Assembly (NCBI GenBank): GCA_964035575.1
Contig: OZ037837.1
Coordinates: forward strand, 930,001-994,000
Length of the DNA: 64,000 nucleotides
DNA from: Rhynchopus sp. YZ270_cl-10
Taxonomy: Eukaryota
Direction: 5' to 3'
Below the pieces are notes generated by a model. That model ran no database searches and was not told the DNA's origin. It was given only the letters and a program-made list of their open reading frames with translations. The position numbers were made by a program, and so were the translations under genes. Positions 23,157-35,100 of the stretch are shown in pieces (position 1 is the first letter of the stretch; every line of letters begins with the position of its first letter).

Positions 23157-24774
23157 GTCCAGGTCCAGGTACCCAGGAACAGGAAAAAAGTCGTGAAAGA
23201 GCAACCACAGCTCCACATGACAAACACAAAAGTGTCCAGTCACGTGGGGCATTCATGCACTGAGGAGATAATGATCCAACAATTTACAAGAAAGATTACT
23301 TAACCTACTGCTGGAAATTGCCAGGTCGTAGTAACACACAAAGTGTGCCTCCGTTCGGGAAGACCGGATATTCTAGAGACCAAAAAGGCCTCAAGAATAT
23401 CTTCCGGTAGTCAAGGTAGAACCGAATGAACGGCCCAAGACCCCCGTGGAGAAGTTAAATGTTGTAATGCTATCAAGTAGAAACTGCGACCACTGTCTTA
23501 CCCTCCTCAATGCATGATGGAAGATGTCTTTCACAACAAATATCCTGTACCCAGGTACCCAGGCTCCCAGACCCGCGCAGTACCACGTCGCAGTACTACG
23601 CAAAATTTACCACCAGACCCTGTCTTCGTGCACCTGAAGTACAACGCCGCAGACAGGCCAAACGTGCGTTGGACTCAGAGGAATGCCCGCTGTGCAGGTA
23701 TCATGAGAACCAACTCCCAGCAACAAGGGGCGCCTTTTGGCGGGCGTTGTTGAGGGTGTTTGGGGTGCAAAGTTTTCCACAATTTTGATGCGCGGGTACA
23801 GAAGTGTTGTCTTGTTCTTTCATCTCTAGGAATGTAAATGTCAATCGCGTTTAACTACCACTAGGGCTTGTTCAGTGAACCCACAAGGGGTCGAAGGGGG
23901 TTGGTTATCCCATATCTATCAAAGGTTGTGTCGACCAGGCGAAACCACTATGTTACGCTGTACGTTGTTAAATCCGAAGAAATAACACTTTAGCAGCCGC
24001 AGGAAGTTTGCTAAAAAGAGTGCCTCACGCTACACAAACCACCACCCGCGATTGACTTAGATGTTATAACAAAGAGAATTCAGAACAAAACAACACCCTG
24101 CCCCATACACACTAAATTGTCATGCTTCAAGAGCATGCCTGGGCCAAAATTACTATGACGAAAAGGCAACAAGACCACCCACAAGGAGTGTGAATTGTGC
24201 ACTGGTTTTCTGGGGGAACAAACAATATTTTCTTGTGTCTAGTCCTCCGGGGAGCAGAGGACAGACTTTCCGGAAGGTTTCCAAAGTCGAATTTCTTGCA
24301 CTAGCTATACTCCCTGGGTTAATGGCTATAGCAGTGACTGACAAAGTGTTCCCACCCCCTTTTCACCGTAGATATTCCCGAGATTGATGCCGGTGAACGC
24401 CCTTTGAATTTTGAGTTCCTGAATGTCGGAGAGCGGCGAAGGTTCAATATGTTCGCAATATAAATGTCCAATATGTTCGCTCGTTCTGCGCAGTTGGTTC
24501 TCGATGTTGCACTCGCGATACCTGTTTAAAAGTGAAGTTGTGAGTGGTGGGGAAATTAAAGAAGGTGACTTCTTAAAAAAATAAGTGCATCATAGTAACT
24601 GCAAATGAGAGAATGACGAGGTGGGACGATGGGGAGTGAGAGGTGGAGTGAAAGTGAACATTGAAATCATTTGAGTAAAAAGGTGGGTATGTAGGTTGTT
24701 GAATATTCACCAGTAAACATATTTACATACCTTGTCTTGCGCCTTCGCTGCTGTCAAGGTGCCTTCTCTGGGTG

Positions 24775-26247
24775 CCCAGTACCCAGTACCCAGTACCCAG
24801 TACCCAGTACCCAGTACCCAGTACCCAGTACCCAGTACCCAGTACCCAGTACCCAGTACCCAGTACCCAGTACCCAGTACCCAGTACCCAGTACCCAGTA
24901 CCCAGTACCCAGTACCCAGTACCCAGTACCCAGTACCCAGTACCCAGTACCCAGTACCCAGTACCCAGTACCCAGTACCCAGTACCCAGTACCCAGTACC
25001 CAGTACCCAGTACCCAGTACCCAGTACCCAGTACCCAGTACCCAGTACCCAGTACCCAGTACCCAGTACCCAGTACCCAGTACCCAGTACCCAGTACCCA
25101 GTACCCAGTACCCAGTACCCAGTACCCAGTACCCAGTACCCAGTACCCAGTACCCAGTACCCAGTACCCAGTACCCAGTACCCAGTACCCAGTACCCAGT
25201 ACCCAGTACCCAGTACCCAGTACCCAGTACCCAGTACCCAGTACCCAGTACCCAGTACCCAGTACCCAGTACCCAGTACCCAGTACCCAGTACCCAGTAC
25301 CCAGTACCCAGTACCCAGTACCCAGTACCCAGTACCCAGTACCCAGTACCCAGTACCCAGTACCCAGTACCCAGTACCCAGTACCCAGTACCCAGTACCC
25401 AGTACCCAGTACCCAGTACCCAGTACCCAGTACCCAGTACCCAGTACCCAGTACCCAGTACCCAGTACCCAGTACCCAGTACCCAGTACCCAGTACCCAG
25501 TACCCAGTACCCAGTACCCAGTACCCAGTACCCAGTACCCAGTACCCAGTACCCAGTACCCAGTACCCAGTACCCAGTACCCAGTACCCAGTACCCAGTA
25601 CCCAGTACCCAGTACCCAGTACCCAGTACCCAGTACCCAGTACCCAGTACCCAGTACCCAGTACCCAGTACCCAGTACCCAGTACCCAGTACCCAGTACC
25701 CAGTACCCAGTACCCAGTACCCAGTACCCAGTACCCAGTACCCAGTACCCAGTACCCAGTACCCAGTACCCAGTACCCAGTACCCAGTACCCAGTACCCA
25801 GTACCCAGTACCCAGTACCCAGTACCCAGTACCCAGTACCCAGTACCCAGTACCCAGTACCCAGTACCCAGTACCCAGTACCCAGTACCCAGTACCCAGT
25901 ACCCAGTACCCAGTACCCAGTACCCAGTACCCAGTACCCAGTACCCAGTACCCAGTACCCAGTACCCAGTACCCAGTACCCAGTACCCAGTACCCAGTAC
26001 CCAGTACCCAGTACCCAGTACCCAGTACCCAGTACCCAGTACCCAGTACCCAGTACCCAGTACCCAGTACCCAGTACCCAGTACCCAGTACCCAGTACCC
26101 AGTACCCAGTACCCAGTACCCAGTACCCAGTACCCAGTACCCAGTACCCAGTACCCAGTACCCAGTACCCAGTACCCAGTACCCAGTACCCAGTACCCAG
26201 TACCCAGTACCCAGTACCCAGTACCCAGTACCCAGTACCCAGTACCC
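24775..26247. repeat. (CCCAGTA)n 7-bp satellite, ~210 copies
   Basis: Perfect tandem array with the same unit as 20695-21443. Confidence 0.98.
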
Positions 26248-26718
26248 AAAATAATTTCGATAATACCCATTTTTTCTTTTCTTTAATACCCACTTTTTAT
26301 TTTCGTTAGTACCCACTTTTGAAAATGGGTATTAACGAAAATGGGTACTAGGAAAATGGGTATTAAAGAGAAAAACCCAACCTGAAAATGGCTGTAAAAA
26401 CTGATACATGCATTTTAGGTCAAAAATACTCAGTTCTGAGCGCAAAGTGACCCCATCACAGCACGCAGAGGCTCCGGAGCACTGAAATATTTTTTTATTT
26501 TTTTTTATTTTTTGGGGTGAAAATTTCTGGGGGGAAATTTCTGGCCACAAAAAACCACCAAAAAAAAATACACAAAATAATTTTTGCACCCCCCTTAAAA
26601 TTAGGGGTAAATTGGGTACTTCTTGGGTCTTTCTAGGGTATACACCCTAGCCCTATACAGCCACACCATTAAATAATACCCTTTTTTTTGGGTTCAGCCA
26701 CACCAAGGTGTCGTTGAG

Positions 26719-27238
26719 AAATCTTAACGTACACTCTCTGTTGATTCTAAAACGGGGGAGGGTAAAAAAGGCGTGAAAGGTAAATTGGGGAAGAGGTTGA
26801 AAAGTTGGAACGCTTCCTCACCCCAGATCACACTACAATACAAAGGTTTGGGTTTGAATAGGGTGGGTTCTTCTGACGATGAAACCTACTCCCTTCTAAA
26901 CTTTCTTTTTTTTTTTTTTTTTTTTTTTTGAAAAATAAATAAAACTCCTCTCGAAATTGTTCAAGATTGAACTGAGAGAAAGAAGAAACCCCAAACCCTC
27001 CCAGACCAAACGGTCTAACCTGTTGTATTGACATAGTGTGTGGGGAGAATGAGGAGCACAAGAATCGTCTTCGCGCATACTAAAAGATTTCCTACGATAT
27101 GTCACAAGTGTCATGTCACCGAAAAATCTTAACGTACACTCTCTGTTGATTCTAAAACGGGGGAGGGTAAAAAAGGCGTGAAAGGTAAATTGGGGAAGAG
27201 GTTGAAAAGTTGGAACGCTTCCTCACCCCAGATCACAC
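26719..27238. repeat. ~115-bp direct repeat pair (26719-26833 and ~27124-27238) bracketing a SINE-like copy
   Basis: aaatcttaacgtacactctc...ccccagatcacac occurs twice. Confidence 0.85.
26906..27126 (-). mobile_element. Poly(A)-tailed SINE-like retroposon, copy 1
   Basis: ~195-bp body apparently identical to 31583-31777, with the same 5' end and a long poly(T) on the + strand. Diverged partial copy at ~57331-57440. Confidence 0.7.
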
Positions 27239-27299
27239 CCAGGACCCTTGGGACCCTCAAGGGACGCTACGCGAAAAAACTTCTTCAGCGAAACGGGAT

Positions 27300-30250
27300 G
27301 ATCCATCCAGGAGCGCGGGAGGAGCTCTGGCCCGAAATTGTTCTGTGTGGCTGCAAATAAATAGAGTAACTGCGTAAGGCACGTAATGCAGGGATTGAGA
27401 TAAAAATGATATATGATGGCCCGAAGTCTCGCGTGCTTCGTCACTTTCCTTAGATACGTTCTTGCAACGCAGCAGCTGCGTAGGATACCACAAAGGCATT
27501 GTTCCGATGATGAAAATCCCCCAACAGTAATTTAGGCACGCACGTTGTAGTGTTCACGTAATGAGCATGGTGTAGACCGGGTGCGTGAGAGATTGGACGA
27601 TGGTCGTATTCACGAGTCTGGGTGCGGCAAAAGGATCGGCCCTGCAAAACAAGTGAACTTCTAACGGTCACCAGTTGTCTCTCTTGGAAAACAACAGTCC
27701 AGGTTGCCTCAACATCGCTAGCTGTGGTTTAGAAGCTTGCCTATATTTTGCAATCGGCGTCGAGTAATCGCTGTCGTGCGTCGGAAATCGCTTCGTCTAC
27801 TATTTCGATGTTCCTGCACAACGGAGCGGAGGCTCTCTCGACTTCTTGTTGCTGCCTGCTCATCTTTGGTGTTGTACAGTGTCGGGGCACTCCGCGAAAA
27901 CGCCAGCTTCGACATCTACTACGATGCATGACGTTATTCCTGGTGTGGACTTGCGATTTCGTGTCCATGAAAATGCGGCTGTACAAGGTCACCCCACGCG
28001 TTGTACCCTCTGATTTCGTCAGTTTTGTCGAACTTGGTCGCTTGCTCCCAAGGAAGCTTGTTGTATGCCCGCACGTAGTATTTCCACGTGTCATCTCCCA
28101 TCACGAGGGCCGGCTGAATCGGTAACGCCCGTGTTTCTGAGAAGTGAAAACTGCCCAGGTGTTCTCTGCAGCATCAACGTCCATTGTTCTTTGTTCTGTT
28201 GTCTTCCACCTCACCATGCGTATCAATCTTCAGGGCTTCAGCAATGGAGACCTCTCTCGGAGGGCTTACAGTAAACTTTGCTGAGTACTTCACCTCTTAA
28301 ACGAGAACCCTCAAAAGTTGCCTACTCCGGAGGACTTCGGTCGACAAAAGGTTTCCTCATCTTGAGGACTGCCGAATAGTGGCCTCCTCTAGGGGATTTC
28401 AGTCAAACAAAATACAGCATCGGCAGTAAGGTCACCACAAGTAAGTACTCCGCATTTCATGTAAACGAACTTGTATCCTCACGGGGAAGTCCTCGAAGGC
28501 GTCGGTCGTGGTCGCGAGCAGGTTGACGTCTCTTTGAAGCAGGTGGGCTTCTGTGGAGCTGTTGCTGCTGGTATGCACGGAAGCAGATAAGCGGCCCCCG
28601 CAGCTGGGTGGGAAGGTGTAGTGCCTGGTAAGTTCTTGTTGCAGACATCCTTCGGAGTGCTCACCCCGTCGTCCGTGAGTCTGTGTAGTAATGGTAGTAG
28701 TTGTCTCCAAGGAGCGCTCCCCTGCAGAAAAGATGGGTGTGCTTGTTCGTCAGACACTTCGGTGATGGTCTCACGAAACGACGCAACGGCTCGTAGATCT
28801 TCCACTTGACACAGTCATGTAGTCCTCCTGAAGATTCTTCAGACAGATATCAAAGCGAAGCTCTCCCGCTCCGGCGATGGTGTGTTCTCCCGACTCCTCA
28901 ATCGAGCACTGCATAAGCGGGTCGGACTTCGGCAGACACTTCAGTCCCTCAACAAGCTTGGGTAGGTCGGCGGGGGAGGAGCACTCCACAGCGACACGCA
29001 CAGCGGGCGATACAGTGTACTTCATGTCCTTCAGGGGGTAGCACTCGCTCTCCTTCTCGTCGGTTGGTCGCAGTCTTCACAAATGTTACCACAGGGCACG
29101 TCCTCAACACGGCCTCCTGGTAACGCTCCATTCTGAGCAGGGTACAATCGCTGCGGCGCTGGATGTTCTTCACAGCCATGTCCTTCTTGGTTTCGGATTT
29201 GTAGTTGGGACCCCTGGTGCGTGCCTTCTGTCCGTCCTTGATCTTCCCAGAGAAAGACACGACCGAAACGCGGTGAAATGTGTCTTGTCTGCCGCGGAAA
29301 CATCTTCGACACGTACATGAATAGGGCGGAGGGTGATCAGTGCGACGGGGTCGTAGTTCTGCAGTCCCTGGAAATAGTTGACTGCACGGTAGCAGAAACT
29401 TTTCGACATCCGCACACCCCTTTTGGACTTCGGTGCATGTGGCACAGGCTCCAAAAAACCGCTTGCCATCATAGTTGAAAGTATGATGAGGCACACTGTC
29501 TCGTGAAGTCGATGTTGTAGTTTGGCAGGAAACGTAACTTTTTTGAATCCTGTCGTCTGTGTCGAGGACCTTAATCGACGGTACGAAGGAAAATGCCTGG
29601 ACATCCTTGTGTTGAAACCATCTGGGCAGTAAAGCCTGTTGATGTCTGACACCGGTGGCCACGCAGGGCAGTCTGAGAGGATGCCGCCTTGGAAGTCGAG
29701 GGCGGTTCCTTCACAGGTCGCCGTTTGCGAGTGTCGCGCTCTGTGCACTTGAGTGGGCTTGGGTGGTCAGATGGGGTGGTCGGAGAAGGGAGCTGGCTGC
29801 CACCTCTAGGTACTGCGAGACAAACTTCTCTGGGGTGCGGGTGATTGTAAATGTACTGTGTCCGTGTTGGCAGATCTGGACAGCACATCCGGGAATCTCC
29901 ACGTAACTGCTGTCCTCTGTGTATATCCCAGCATTTGAAGGCCTTTCGAAATTAATGCCAAACCCCGTAGGCCGGATGATGTCGTCAAAAAACGCTGACT
30001 GAACCCCTAAGGCTGACTCTGGGCTGCGCGCAAAACAGCGTCGTAGAGCACGTTTTTCGCATACGCAGCGCGTGTGGGTGTTGTAACTGGCAGCATCTTC
30101 ACAGACCAAAACTCCAAAGGGTGCCCTTCTTATAGGGACTTGAAACCCAAGTCAGCAGAGTGACCTTCCTTTTAGGGACTAGAACACGGCAGACCGGCGA
30201 GGGGTGCCCTTCTTATAGGGACATTTGTCGGAGCGGCGAAAGAGTGTAGA
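27300..30250 (-). mobile_element. Heavily decayed coding-like region, possibly a DIRS/TATE-type retroelement remnant
   Basis: Broken frames with faint RT-like (MMASGFLEPVP...) and RNase H-like (HYVNTTT...NP) similarity by eye. Weak. Confidence 0.25.
28740..29320 (-). pseudogene. eEF2: Eukaryotic elongation factor 2 pseudogene fragment
   Basis: Frameshifted pieces MYVSKM..., SGKIKDGQKAR..GPNY...[45 protein letters not shown]...EESGEH.IAGAGEL, SFRETI match conserved eEF2 sequence. Confidence 0.9.
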
Positions 30251-30306
30251 ATCAGGGGTTCCGCTACCGTATAAGATTCAATTTGGTTGAGGGTCGAAGG
30301 TGTGGA

Positions 30307-31496
30307 AATAAACAACAAATGGTTCTTATACCAAAGTTGTTGTGGCGGCGTAAGTGTATAAAATAAACAACAAGAGGTTCTTATACCTAGTTGTTGTGGC
30401 GGCGTAAGTGTTGAAAATAAACAACAAGAGGTTCTTATACCTAGTTGTTGTAGCGGTGCATGTGTATAAAATAAACAACAAGAGGTTCTTATACCTAGTT
30501 GTTGTGGCGGCGTAAGTGTATAAAATAAACAACAAGAGGTTCTTATACCAAAGTTGTTGTGGCGGCGTAAGTGTTGAAAATAAACAACAAGAGGTTCTTA
30601 TACCAAAGTTGTTGTGGCGGCGTAAGTGTATAAAATAGACAACAAGAGGTTCTTATACCTAGTTGTTGTAGCGGCGTAAGTGTTGAAAATAAACAACAAG
30701 AGGTTCTTATACCAAAGTTGTTGTGGCGGCGTAAGTGTATAAAATAAACAACAAGAGGTTCTTATACCTAGTTGTTGTAGCGGCGTAAGTGTTGAAAATA
30801 AACAACAAGAGGTTCTTATACCTAGTTGTTGTAGCGGTGCATGTGTATAAAATAAACAACAAGAGGTTCTTATACCTAGTTGTTGTGGCGGCGTAAGTGT
30901 TGAAAATAAACAACAAGAGGTTCTTATACCTAGTTGTTGTAGCGGCGTAAGTGTTGAAAATAAACAACAAGAGGTTCTTATACCTAGTTGTTGTAGCGGT
31001 GCATGTGTATAAAATAAACAACAAGAGGTTCTTATACCTAGTTGTTGTGGCGGCGTAAGTGTTGAAAATAAACAACAAGAGGTTCTTATACCTAGTTGTT
31101 GTGGCGGCGTAGGTGTAGACAATAAACAACAAGAGGTTCTTATACCAAAGTTGTTGTGGCGGCGTAAGTGTATAAAATAAACAACAAGAGGTTCTTATAC
31201 CTAGTTGTTGTGGCGGCGTAAGTGTATAAAATAAACAACAAGAGGTTCTTATACCTAGTTGTTGTGGCGGCGTAAGTGTTGAAAATAAACAACAAGAGGT
31301 TCTTATACCTAGTTGTTGTGGCGGCGTAAGTGTATAAAATAAACAACAAGAGGTTCTTATACCAAAGTTGTTGTGGCGGCGTAAGTGTATAAAATAGACA
31401 ACAAGAGGTTCTTATACCTAGTTGTTGTGGCGGCGTAGGTGTAGAAAATAAACAACAAATGGTTCTTATGCCAAAGTTGTTGTGGCGGCGCAGGTG
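30307..31496. repeat. 54/55-bp minisatellite, ~22 copies with interspersed variants
   Basis: Unit AAATAAACAACAAGAGGTTCTTATACCTAGTTGTTGTGGCGGCGTAAGTG(TATA/TTGA); no unique spacers. Confidence 0.95.
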
Positions 31497-31563
31497 TCCT
31501 CGTACGACGGAGAAGCGTCATGACAGTGAGAATACCTCACTTGTTCACATGTTCTGTACTTCA

Positions 31564-31777
31564 TTTTTTTTTTTTTTTTTTTGAAAAATAAATAAAACTC
31601 CTCTCGAAATTGTTCAAGATTGAACTGAGAGAAAGAAGAAACCCCAAACCCTCCCAGACCAAACGGTCTAACCTGTTGTATTGACATAGTGTGTGGGGAG
31701 AATGAGGAGCACAAGAATCGTCTTCGCGCATACTAAAAGATTTCCTACGATATGTCACAAGTGTCATGTCACCGAAA
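31564..31777 (-). mobile_element. Poly(A)-tailed SINE-like retroposon, copy 2
   Basis: Matches 26930-27126 and is preceded by poly(T). Confidence 0.7.
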
Positions 31778-32146
31778 AAAACAAACAACGGACGCGCTGT
31801 GTGAAAAAACGAGTGCTTCTCTGCGCGTGATATTTTGTGGGGGAGAATAAAACATTGTGAAAAAAGCTTGTTGCATTCCCACTATCGTTTCCGCTGCGCT
31901 CTCACTAACGTTTCCACTCCATTCGGTTTTCTCTTACTTAGAAAAATAGTGTAAAAAAATGAACTGTCAATAATAAAACTACCCCAATCGCCCTAACACG
32001 CCTCCCCCCTGTAAAGGGGTTCTGTCTCTGTGGGTCTCTCTGCGACTGTCTTCCACCACACATTACCTCCAGTGCAGCACGTGCACCAATACGCTTGCTG
32101 CCGTTGCGATGACTCCAGGGCTGGGCTTCGGAGGGACACGTAGGGC

Positions 32147-35100
32147 TCACGCAGCACCATCCAAAAGAATCCGTCTTGCTAGTTCAGGCTCCACAGTGTC
32201 CCTCCCGGGGCAGCTGGATACGCGAGGAACTGTTGCAGTCGCACCGATGACTCTCTTCAGCCTCGTCTTCCCATCAATCGTGCCGTCTGCGTTGCAGATG
32301 CCCCATATGCGCACTGTGCTGTCGAGATAGCCGCAGATAACTTCACGCCCGTCAGGACTCACAGCAAGACTGCGCAATTTAGTAGACTGCTCAGCAATCA
32401 CTGCGACCTCCTTGCCAGTCGTGATGTCCCATACGTGCACGGTGCGGAAACTTCGACACGACACGACGTGAGCTCCATCAGGAGTCACTGCAACCCGTGA
32501 ACAATTCCGTGGTGTGGTGAGCACTTCCTTCCCGCTGGCCACCTCCCACACGTGGGTCCTCTGTTCGCAGCAGGACACCACATGCCGTCCGTTGGGTGTC
32601 AGCGCGATGCCCCAGACGCCAGCTTTGTGCCCATCAAACACCAGTGTCTCTTCCCCCGTGTGAAGCTTCCACATGCGCACAGCACGCTCCCCTGAGGAGC
32701 AGGACACAGCATGGCAGCCATCCGGGGTCACCGCCACACCCCTGACAGCCTCGGTGTGCCCTGCAAAGCGTGCAACCTCCTTGCCGTCGGCAATGCTCCA
32801 CACACTGACAGCTTTATCGAGCACAACATACAAGACCTGCACCCCATCCGGTGCCACTGCCACACAACGCTGGCCCTCCAGTGCACACACTTCTCCTCCC
32901 GTACGAACGTTCCACACACGCACGGTGCCATCTGCAGAGCAGGACACGACACGAGACGCATCTGGGCACAGAGCCACCTCATGCACAGTGTCTGTGTGCC
33001 CCGTGAACACGCGTGTCTGCTTGCCGGTGCACGGATCCCACATACGCAACGTGTGGTCCCCGCAGGATACGATGGTTCCGTCGGACGCCACTGCCACGCC
33101 GTTCACAGCACCGGAGTGTCGCTCTGGGCGCAGTGCCTCCTTCCCGGCAGATAGGCTCCACACACGCGCAGTGCTGTCGTCACCGCAGGACACAGCATGG
33201 CGGCCGTCTCGTGTCACTGCAACGCAGTTCGCAGAAGAAGTGTGCCCCTCCAAGCGCATGACCTCCTTCCCTGTGGATGTGCTCCACAGGTGCACAGTGC
33301 CGTTGCTCGAGCCTGCCACCACGTGTGCTGCATCAGGCGTCACTGCTACTGCGCACAGCACTGGGCCAGCCGGGAACGCCATCACTTCACTCCCGGACGA
33401 CAGACTCCACAGACATGCGGTTCCGTCTGTCGCACAAGAAACCATATGGTGCCCATCCAGCGTGACTGCCACTGAGAGCACCAGCACTCCTGTGCAGGAA
33501 TCCTTGCGACGGTACGATATGACTTCTTTCCCAGTCGCCAGATCCCATACACGCAGCGCCGGCCCTGAGCACGTCACAACTCGACTTCCATCTGGCGTGA
33601 TCGCAAGCCGGTGTGCCACTCCCTCGAGTCCAAGCACCTTCTGCTTCTTCCCTGTGGAAAGATTCCACACACGCACAGTGCTGTCTTGAGAGCACGAAAC
33701 AACTTTAGAACTGTCGGGAGTGACTGCCACATCGGTGACACGGCCACTGTGCCCTTTCAAGACACACGCTGCCTTCCCAGTACGGATAACCCACACACGA
33801 ATCGTTGTGTCCCACGAACAGGAAACTATGCGCGACCCATCCGGTGTCACTGCTACAGCAGATATGCACTTAGGGTGTGCTTTGAAGCCCAGGACCAGCT
33901 TCCCAGAAGACATGCTCCACACATGCAAGGTGCCGTCGTAAGTGGCTGTAATAACTTTAGTGCCGTCAGGTGTCACTGCTACACCTGCTACCCCAGCATC
34001 ATGACGTAGTGTGGGAAGTGGTGTGCCAAGGGAGCAGTCGGGCAGCAGCGTGCCACCCATGTCGCAGGTGTGGAACTCAGTGTGCTCCAGCCAGCAGTTC
34101 GAGAAGGAAGCGCCCGTCAGCGCCGTCTCCACAAACAGAGACCCGCGCAGGTCGCAGTTCGACACACGGATCCTCTTCAGGTCCTCACCGCTCACAGGGA
34201 TGCGTGCACGTGCCAGCAGTGCTGCTGCATTCGACCCTGCTGTCACAGCACCCTCACCTGCACTGCCACGTGTCGCCTTCACAGTCGCAAGCAGCTCTGT
34301 GCAGGCACGTTCGTACAGCACACTGTCTCCACACACCAGCGCCGCAAAGAACCCAAGCACACGCTGCGAGTCCTTGCTGAAGCTCCGCTGCACCAGCGTC
34401 CCCAGTGTCCCTGCTGGATCACGTGCAAGCCGCCGTGCTGCAAGGTGCTCCCCAAGCGACTTGTGCCGGAATGTGAACGCACTCCGCTCCTCGCCAAAGT
34501 CCTCAATCCGGAACGGCAGGCAGCGGAAGCACGCATCACGCACAGCCTCACACACACCGTGCTGCGAATCAAGAATCTGCGACGCCACACCCACAGTCCC
34601 CTGCCACTCGTTTGTCTCCAGCATCCTGCATGCAACAAGCTCCCCTGCACGCACCACATCCTCCAAAGACACATCTGCAACAGCAACTGCACCAGACGCC
34701 ATCTCCTTCTTCGTCCACGTCTCCAGGTAGGTCTCGTAGATCACCTCCTCAGAAGCCTTCCCGCTGCACTGTGCGTGGCACGCCATGTGCAACACAAATG
34801 GGTTCCGCAGCTGCACAAGTCCCTCAACGTCCTCCTCACGCACGAACACTGCTCGCACTGCTTCCTCTGATGTGCTGTCCTTCTTGTGTTCCTTCTCCCA
34901 GGCTGTGTTTGCACGCTCGATGTACGTTCTCGCATCCACCTCTGTGAACGGCTGCATGTACACAGCACGCACACTAGCTCCGCATACACCAGACGGGAAA
35001 ACATTGACGCTCTTCAGGTACTCACCACGCACAGTCACAACAACGCTGCAGTGTGCCTCCACCCACGGATGCCGGCACAGAAGGCCACCTTCAGCCACCA

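Larger units (their letters stand above)
18643..26704. mobile_element. Candidate ~8-kb composite of nested non-autonomous TIR elements and satellites
   Basis: Outer GGTGTGGCTGAA...TTCAGCCACACC, with aaggtg near both flanks. Internal inverted pairs at 18715/20451, 19338-19450/19950-20061 and 21857-22680/26243-26362. Direct repeats at 20513-20553 and 26601-26643. No intact ORF. Confidence 0.4.

Noticed and set aside
23300..24700. Transposase remnant inside the nested element
   Set aside because: I could not recognise a DDE or other transposase motif, and only short ORFs are present.
20695..26247. Telomere or interstitial telomeric repeat
   Set aside because: The arrays are internal, embedded in TIR arms, and do not match TTAGGG; no chromosome end is evident.
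20614..26316. Long ORFs (YPVPSTQ)n, (GTGYWVL)n, (RYPDTQIP)n
   Set aside because: These are artefacts of stop-free perfect satellites, open in all frames with no synonymous variation.
30307..31496. CRISPR array
   Set aside because: Units are contiguous with no unique spacers, there are no cas genes, and the context is eukaryotic.
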